57,103 nt of DNA from an uncultured Syntrophales bacterium (GTDB taxonomy: Bacteria; Desulfobacterota; Syntrophia; Syntrophales; JADFWA01), in assembly GCA_964454305.1 (NCBI GenBank), contig CAYVXX010000001.1:1-57103 (forward strand). Direction: 5' to 3'. Made by a program: the position numbers and the translations under genes. Below the pieces are notes generated by a model. The model saw nothing but the letters and a program-made list of their open reading frames with translations. It was not told the origin of the DNA and did no database searches. Each line of letters opens with the position of its first letter. Positions within the stretch are counted from its first letter, which is position 1. This document shows, in pieces, positions 51,297 through 57,103 of the stretch.

Positions 51297-52946
51297 ATGG
51301 ACAAAAGGACATTTATTGCCATAGTCCTATCTTTTATTGTAGTCGCAGTTTATCAATTATTTTTTGTAGTCCCGCCACCGAAACTGGAGGTGGTTCAAAA
51401 AACTGAAAAAGAAAGTCTCGTCAAATCCGAAAGCCGTGAAGTTTTAAAAAAAACTCCTTCCATAGATGAACCAATTAAAGGAAAGGTATTACAAGAAACT
51501 TTAACCAAAACGCACTCTTCCATACACGAACCGACAAGAGGAAAAGATATCAAGGTTGAAAGCCCCTTCTACTCCGCTACCTTCACCACAGTTGGGGGAA
51601 ACTTGAAATCTTTTAAGCTTAAAGGTTACCGCAAGACTTTAGATGAAAATTCCGAACTAATCGAATTGGTAAATATTAAGGATGGCATGGAATCTCCTCT
51701 TGCCCTCACCTTTCCTGAATCGAGCATAAATGTTTCCTCTGAAGAGATTTATCAGGCAGATGCGGCTTCCATAGACATTACAAAAACAATGGATGCTCGA
51801 AAATTGACCTTCATCTGGTCATATCCCGAAAAGATAAAAATAGAAAAGGTCTATACATTTTATCCTAATAAGAAATACTCTTTTGATCTTGAAGTAAAAG
51901 TTCACAATATTTCAAGGCGTTCCCTCAACGAAACCGCTCTTCTCAGCTGGTATCAATTCGCTGATCCCAAAGCAGAGACAGACAGATACAGCCATAACGG
52001 CCCAATCTCTTCTGTCAAAAATAGTATTAACCGTGAAAAAATTTCAAAACTTGAAACAAAGAAATTTCTGGGACCGGACGTCTCGTGGGGAGCATTTGAA
52101 AGTAAATACTTTATCGCTTCAATGATACCCCAGAAACCATCACTGACCAGTCTTGTTCTTTTTAAAGATCCCCAAGACCTCGTCTCCATAGGTCTGGAAG
52201 GACCTAAAAATATCATTCCTCCGGGACAGTCCGGGTTCTTTAATTATTCCTTATACCTTGGTCCCAAGGATTATGACATTCTCAAGACAGAAAACATTGG
52301 TCTTGAAAATTCCATCGATTTCGGTTCCTGGATAAAATGGCTGGCACTGCCGCTTTTGATATCCCTCAAATTTTTGTATCAATACGTTCACAATTATGGC
52401 ATCGCCATTATTATCTTAACTATACTTATAAAGCTTATTTTCTGGCCCTTGGGCAATAAAAGCTACAAATCGATGAAGGAAATGCAGAAGCTTCAACCCC
52501 TGATAAAAGAGCTTCAGGAAAAGTATAAAGATGACAAGGCAAAAGTCAATCAGGAAACGATGGCACTCTACAAACGGTACAAGGTAAACCCAATGGGGGG
52601 GTGTCTTCCCATGCTTATTCAGATTCCCGTCTTCTTTGGCCTATATAAGGCTCTCCTCTACTCGATAGAACTCCGCCACGAACCCTTCTTCTTCTGGATA
52701 CAGGATCTATCAGCCAAAGACCCTTATTACATAACCCCGCTTATTATGGGTGCTACCATGTTCTTACAGCAGAAAATGACTCCCCAAGCGGGGGGAAATC
52801 CTATGCAGCAAAAGATGATGCTATGGATGCCAGTAATTTTTACTTTCCTGTTCCTGAACTTTCCTTCAGGACTGGTAATCTACTGGCTGTTCAATAATGT
52901 TCTGAGCATCGGTCAGCAATATTACGTAAATAAGAGACCGTCATAA
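51297..52946 (+). CDS. yidC: Membrane protein insertase
   Basis: NYGIAIIILT, NPMGGCLP, ELRHEPF, WIQDLS, GLVIYW. Confidence 0.96.
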   Translation: MDKRTFIAIVLSFIVVAVYQLFFVVPPPKLEVVQKTEKESLVKSESREVLKKTPSIDEPIKGKVLQETLTKTHSSIHEPTRGKDIKVESPFYSATFTTVGGNLKSFKLKGYRKTLDENSELIELVNIKDGMESPLALTFPESSINVSSEEIYQADAASIDITKTMDARKLTFIWSYPEKIKIEKVYTFYPNKKYSFDLEVKVHNISRRSLNETALLSWYQFADPKAETDRYSHNGPISSVKNSINREKISKLETKKFLGPDVSWGAFESKYFIASMIPQKPSLTSLVLFKDPQDLVSIGLEGPKNIIPPGQSGFFNYSLYLGPKDYDILKTENIGLENSIDFGSWIKWLALPLLISLKFLYQYVHNYGIAIIILTILIKLIFWPLGNKSYKSMKEMQKLQPLIKELQEKYKDDKAKVNQETMALYKRYKVNPMGGCLPMLIQIPVFFGLYKALLYSIELRHEPFFFWIQDLSAKDPYYITPLIMGATMFLQQKMTPQAGGNPMQQKMMLWMPVIFTFLFLNFPSGLVIYWLFNNVLSIGQQYYVNKRPS

Positions 52947-52959
52947 TGAGGTAACCTTT

Positions 52960-53694
52960 ATGAAGATTTTAGAAATTGAGGGAAAAACCATTGATGAAGC
53001 CATTGAAAAGGCTTGTAAAGAATTCAATGTACCAAGGGAAAAATTGAATATAGAAATAATCTCAGAGGGCTCTTCTGGATTCCTGGGTTTTATAGGATCC
53101 CAAAAAGCATTTATTAAAGCCAGTATAGTGTCAATAGATGTGGACCTCGATACGTCCTTCAAAAAAACAGAAAATACATCCCCCGATACATACATCAAGA
53201 TTCCAACCCATGAAAGAACTGCTGGAGATGAATCCAATGCAACTGCGGCAATAAGAGCAAAAAGGATTCTTGAGGAAATATTGACCCGAATGAATTTAGA
53301 TTTTCCCGTAACTGTCGAAGAAACACCGGAAGCCGTTACTCTCGACATAAAGGGTGCAGGTAATGGACTTCTGATAGGGAAAAAAGGCCAGACTCTTGAC
53401 GCCATTCAGTATATAGTAAACAGGATATTCAATAAGCATGGAAAAGAGAGAAAGAGAATCATAGTCGATACCGAAGAGTACAGAAAGAGAAGGGGTGAAT
53501 CTCTCATTGTACTGGCTGAAAAGCTGGGACAAAAAGTCAAGAAAACAAATAAGCCCGTCACTATCAGCAACTTGAATGCCCATGACCGGAGGATAGTACA
53601 TTTAGCCCTTCAAGACGATAAGCTCCTGGTCACAAAGAGTCGAGGTGAAGGAATACTCAGAAAGATTATCATTCTGCCAAACAAAAGTGCCTAA
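52960..53694 (+). CDS. jag: Jag/EloR (KhpB) RNA-binding protein
   Basis: Jag_N (EGKTIDEAI), KH (LIGKKGQTLDAIQY), R3H (DRRIVH). Confidence 0.93.
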   Translation: MKILEIEGKTIDEAIEKACKEFNVPREKLNIEIISEGSSGFLGFIGSQKAFIKASIVSIDVDLDTSFKKTENTSPDTYIKIPTHERTAGDESNATAAIRAKRILEEILTRMNLDFPVTVEETPEAVTLDIKGAGNGLLIGKKGQTLDAIQYIVNRIFNKHGKERKRIIVDTEEYRKRRGESLIVLAEKLGQKVKKTNKPVTISNLNAHDRRIVHLALQDDKLLVTKSRGEGILRKIIILPNKSA

Positions 53695-53781
53695 AGTAAA
53701 TTTTAATCAGTTAACTTCAGTTCATTTTAGGTACTTAAACAACTTTAGCTCACTTTAGTCACTTGAAACTTTAGTCACTTT
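53684..53781. repeat. Inverted short-period array (AAGTGCCTAAAGT / ACTTTAGTCACT)
   Basis: aaagtgcctaaagt...aactttagctcactttagtcacttgaaactttagtcacttt; contains the jag stop codon. Confidence 0.65.
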
Positions 53782-53792
53782 ATTAATCCACC

Positions 53793-55172
53793 GTGAAATT
53801 AAAAGACACCATAGCGGCGATATCCACCCCCCCTGGCATAGGTGGAATCGGTATAATAAGGGTAAGTGGACCAGAATCGGAAGAAATCGGCAATCTACTC
53901 TTTAAACACAAGAAAAAAGTTGAACACTTCAAAACCCACCGTCTTTATCATGGAGATATTGTATCACCGGAAAATGGCACAGTCCTTGATGAAGTATTGA
54001 TCACTATAATGAAAAAGCCTCACTCCTATACTGGAGAGGATATTCTTGAGATAAACTGTCACGGCGGTCCTGTTATTCTTCAGTCTATTCTCAACGAGGT
54101 AATGAAGGCAGGGGCACGTCTCGCAGAACCCGGCGAATTTACAAGAAGAGCCTTTCTCAATGACCGTCTCGACCTTTCCCAGGCGGAAGCGATTTCTGAC
54201 ATGATAATGGCCAGGACCAACAGAGGTCTCGATCTGGCCATCACCCAGCTTAAGGGAAATCTATCAGAGAAAATTAAATCTGCCCGTTCATCCACCATTG
54301 ACATCCTGGCACTCCTCGAAACCTCCATAGACTTTACTGAAGAGGACATTGAAGTGCTACCTGCCTCGGAACTTACCGAAAGGATCCAAAGCATAATAGA
54401 CAGTCTGGAAGAGATTCTTTCAACATATCACGAAGGAAAAATTTACAGGGATGGCATAAATGCCGTTATCATAGGAAAGCCGAATGTTGGAAAATCGAGC
54501 CTTCTAAACAGGCTCTTCGGAGAGAAACGGGTTATCGTCGCCTCCACTCCGGGAACAACGAGAGATTTCATAGAGGAAGTTATTAATATCAAAGGGATAC
54601 CGCTCAGGATTACTGATACGGCCGGGATAAGAAATGCTGAAAATATCATAGAAAAAGAGGGTGTCGAGCTGGTCTGGGAAAAGCTCTCATCGGCTGATAT
54701 AATCATAATAGTTCTCGACGGAAGCGAAAAATTAACAAGGGAAGATCTGGAGATAATCGAGAAAAACAGGCACAGAAATTGTGTCCTCGTTATAAACAAG
54801 TCAGACCTTACGCATATAATAAATATTGAAAAACTTGACGATCTCCTGCCCGGCAACAAACCCTTATGGCTATCGGCGAAATACGGTGACGGTATTCCGG
54901 CTCTCAAAGAACATATCCACTCCTTAATCATCAGTAACAGAGATGACCGCCGATCAGATATTATAATAACAAATCTCCGTCACAAAACCGCCCTTGAAAA
55001 AACCGTCACGTTTCTTTCAAAGGCCAGAGAAAATATACGTGAAGGCATGTCTCCCGAATTCGCTGCTCTCGAGCTGAGGGAGTCTCTCGAAAGCATGGGC
55101 GAAATTATCGGGGAAACCGTAAACGAAGAGGTGCTGGACAGGATCTTTTCAACCTTCTGTATCGGTAAGTAA
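53793..55172 (+). CDS. mnmE: tRNA modification GTPase MnmE
   Basis: DTIAAISTP, GKPNVGKSS, GTTRD, DTAG, NKSD, FCIGK. Confidence 0.97.
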   Translation: MKLKDTIAAISTPPGIGGIGIIRVSGPESEEIGNLLFKHKKKVEHFKTHRLYHGDIVSPENGTVLDEVLITIMKKPHSYTGEDILEINCHGGPVILQSILNEVMKAGARLAEPGEFTRRAFLNDRLDLSQAEAISDMIMARTNRGLDLAITQLKGNLSEKIKSARSSTIDILALLETSIDFTEEDIEVLPASELTERIQSIIDSLEEILSTYHEGKIYRDGINAVIIGKPNVGKSSLLNRLFGEKRVIVASTPGTTRDFIEEVINIKGIPLRITDTAGIRNAENIIEKEGVELVWEKLSSADIIIIVLDGSEKLTREDLEIIEKNRHRNCVLVINKSDLTHIINIEKLDDLLPGNKPLWLSAKYGDGIPALKEHIHSLIISNRDDRRSDIIITNLRHKTALEKTVTFLSKARENIREGMSPEFAALELRESLESMGEIIGETVNEEVLDRIFSTFCIGK

Positions 55173-55373
55173 GGCCAGTTGTAGGGGGTTAGTTGTCCGG
55201 GGATCAGCATGTAGCGTAGCGCAGGGCTTTAGCCCTGCTTAAACTGACCCCTGATCCCTGGCCTCTGATAACTGATTTACATTTTTCACCTTGCGCCCAA
55301 TGTTGTTGTGTGGTAGTTGCCACAACGTGCCGATTTATCGGTGGCAAATCGAGAAGCTATGACAGGATTGAAT

Positions 55374-56204
55374 ATGGCAAAGATGGAAGATATCAGCAGA
55401 CTAAAAGAGACTGCAAGGCTGATGAGGATTAACATCCTCACGATGATACACAACGCCAGCTCCGGGCACACCGGTGGTTCCCTTTCCGCGGCAGATATAA
55501 TGACTGCCCTTTATTTTCATGTGTTGAATCATAATCCGGACGACCCGAACTGGCCGGAAAGGGACAGGTTTGTTCTCTCCAAAGGACACGGCGCCCCCGC
55601 ACTCTATTCGGCACTGGCCATGTGCGGCTATTTCAATCTCAAGGAACTTATGACGTTGAGAAAATTGAACAGCTCTCTCCAGGGACACCCCGACGTGAGA
55701 AAAACAAAGGGGGTCAACGCCACCTCAGGTTCGTTAGGACAGGGATTGTCCGTTGCCAACGGTATCGCCATGGGGCTCCGTCTCGAAGGCATCAAATCGA
55801 ATGTTTATGTTATGCTTGGCGATGGAGAACTGCAAGAGGGACAGATCTGGGAAGCCGCCATGACAGCAGCTCATTATAAGCTCGGAAAAGTTATGGCCAT
55901 TGTAGACAACAATGGCCTCCAGATCGATGGCGCGGTGAAAGATGTCATGGGGATAGAACCGCTTTATGACAAGTGGAAAGCCTTCGGATGGAATGTTCAG
56001 GTAATCGACGGCCACAATTTTGAAGAAATCATACCGGCTCTGGAAAGTGTTAAGAGCCGTAATGTTGCGGACACTCCGTCCGTTGTAATAGCTAAAACCA
56101 TAAAAGGGAAAGGCGTTTCGTTCTTTGAGGGCCTGGCGAAATATCATGGCGTGGCACCGACAGATGAAGAATTCAAAAAAGCACTCAAGGAGCTTGGCGT
56201 ATAG
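55374..56204 (+). CDS. Transketolase, N-terminal (TPP-binding) subunit
   Basis: SGHTGGSLS, RDRFVLSKGH, GSLGQG, GDGE...N; exact start uncertain. Confidence 0.93.
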   Translation: MAKMEDISRLKETARLMRINILTMIHNASSGHTGGSLSAADIMTALYFHVLNHNPDDPNWPERDRFVLSKGHGAPALYSALAMCGYFNLKELMTLRKLNSSLQGHPDVRKTKGVNATSGSLGQGLSVANGIAMGLRLEGIKSNVYVMLGDGELQEGQIWEAAMTAAHYKLGKVMAIVDNNGLQIDGAVKDVMGIEPLYDKWKAFGWNVQVIDGHNFEEIIPALESVKSRNVADTPSVVIAKTIKGKGVSFFEGLAKYHGVAPTDEEFKKALKELGV

Positions 56205-57103
56205 ATGACAGCTACACTCGGAACAAGAAATGTTTATGGGGAAACCCTGGTTGAACTTGCCCGGACCAATAAAGATATCGTTGTTCTCGATGCTGATCTC
56301 TCGGGATCAACAATGACAAAACTCTTTGCCGGAGACTTTCCTGACAGATTCTTCAATATGGGAGTATCCGAGCAGGATATGATGGGAACCGCAGCCGGTC
56401 TTGCTCTCGCCGGGAAGATTCCCTTTGTAAGTACTTTTGCCATATTTGCGGCAGGAAGAGCCTGGGAACAGGTGAGACAGGCTATCGCCTACCCTAAATT
56501 GAACGTGAAGATTGTGGCCAGCCACGGAGGCATAACCGTCGGTGAGGATGGTGTCTCTCATCAGATGACCGAAGACCTGGGGATTATGAGAGTCATCCCC
56601 AATATGACCGTTATCGTTCCCGCAGATGGTGTAGAGGTGAAAGAAATCATGAGGGTCGCATTGAATACAGAGGGCCCCTTTTATATCAGGACATCAAGAA
56701 TGAAATTTCCTGTTATATTTCCCGACGGTGTATCTTTTGAGATAGGACGGGGCACCGTCGTCAATGAAGGATCTGACATAACGATTATTGCTCTCGGTCT
56801 CATGGTATCCGAATCGCTCAAAGCTGCAAAATTATTGAAAACAAAAGGCATCTCCGCGCGGGTAGTAAATATGTCCACACTGAAACCAATCGACGAGAAC
56901 CTGATAATTTCCTGTGCGAGAGAAACAGGGGCGATTGTTACTGCCGAAGAACATTCCACAATTGGCGGGCTCGGCAGTGCCGTCTGTGAGGTTATATCAG
57001 AAAATTACCCGGTACCGGTAAAAAGGATAGGCATACAAGACAGGTTCTGCATGTCCGGAACCGGAGATGAACTGCTCGATTGTTATGGGTTAAGGGCTGC
57101 AGA
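56205..57103 (+). CDS. Transketolase, C-terminal subunit (runs off the window edge)
   Basis: Manual translation MTATLGTRNVYGETL...VVLDADLSGST...RFFNMGVSEQ...GEDGVSHQ...AEEHSTIGGLG. Confidence 0.92.
   Translation, partial: MTATLGTRNVYGETLVELARTNKDIVVLDADLSGSTMTKLFAGDFPDRFFNMGVSEQDMMGTAAGLALAGKIPFVSTFAIFAAGRAWEQVRQAIAYPKLNVKIVASHGGITVGEDGVSHQMTEDLGIMRVIPNMTVIVPADGVEVKEIMRVALNTEGPFYIRTSRMKFPVIFPDGVSFEIGRGTVVNEGSDITIIALGLMVSESLKAAKLLKTKGISARVVNMSTLKPIDENLIISCARETGAIVTAEEHSTIGGLGSAVCEVISENYPVPVKRIGIQDRFCMSGTGDELLDCYGLRAA

Overview
A 57 kb chromosomal segment from an anaerobic Deltaproteobacterium-type organism (Syntrophales/Desulfobacterota-like; inferred from gene content only). From left to right it holds: an HdrL-MvhD/FlxD-FlxC-HdrCB-FlxB-FlxA electron-bifurcation cluster; engB; a Cache/PAS histidine kinase plus sigma-54 response regulator, divergent from a sigma-54-type promoter, an orphan ATP synthase c-subunit and an output-less Cache protein; a SpoIID-TPR gene; RNase P RNA; tRNA-Ile2; dnaG-rpoD; his genes; a TRAP transporter; ileS-lspA; groESL; ttcA-smpB; a self-contained type II fatty-acid/lipid gene cluster behind a sigma-54-type promoter; rpmH-rnpA-yidD-yidC-jag-mnmE; and a split transketolase. 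Four things stand out. (1) The rpoD at the canonical dnaG-rpoD locus has a colinear but acidified region 4.2 that has lost most -35 recognition residues. (2) The FAS cluster has every step except an enoyl reductase but carries an acyl-CoA dehydrogenase and a FabA. (3) The orphan atpE and Cache protein form a unit apparently under sigma-54 control. (4) A small membrane protein is duplicated at the head of both the two-component operon and the FAS operon. Intergenic regions contain several nested MITE/REP-like families and short-period inverted repeat arrays. All calls come from motif recognition by eye; no searches were run.
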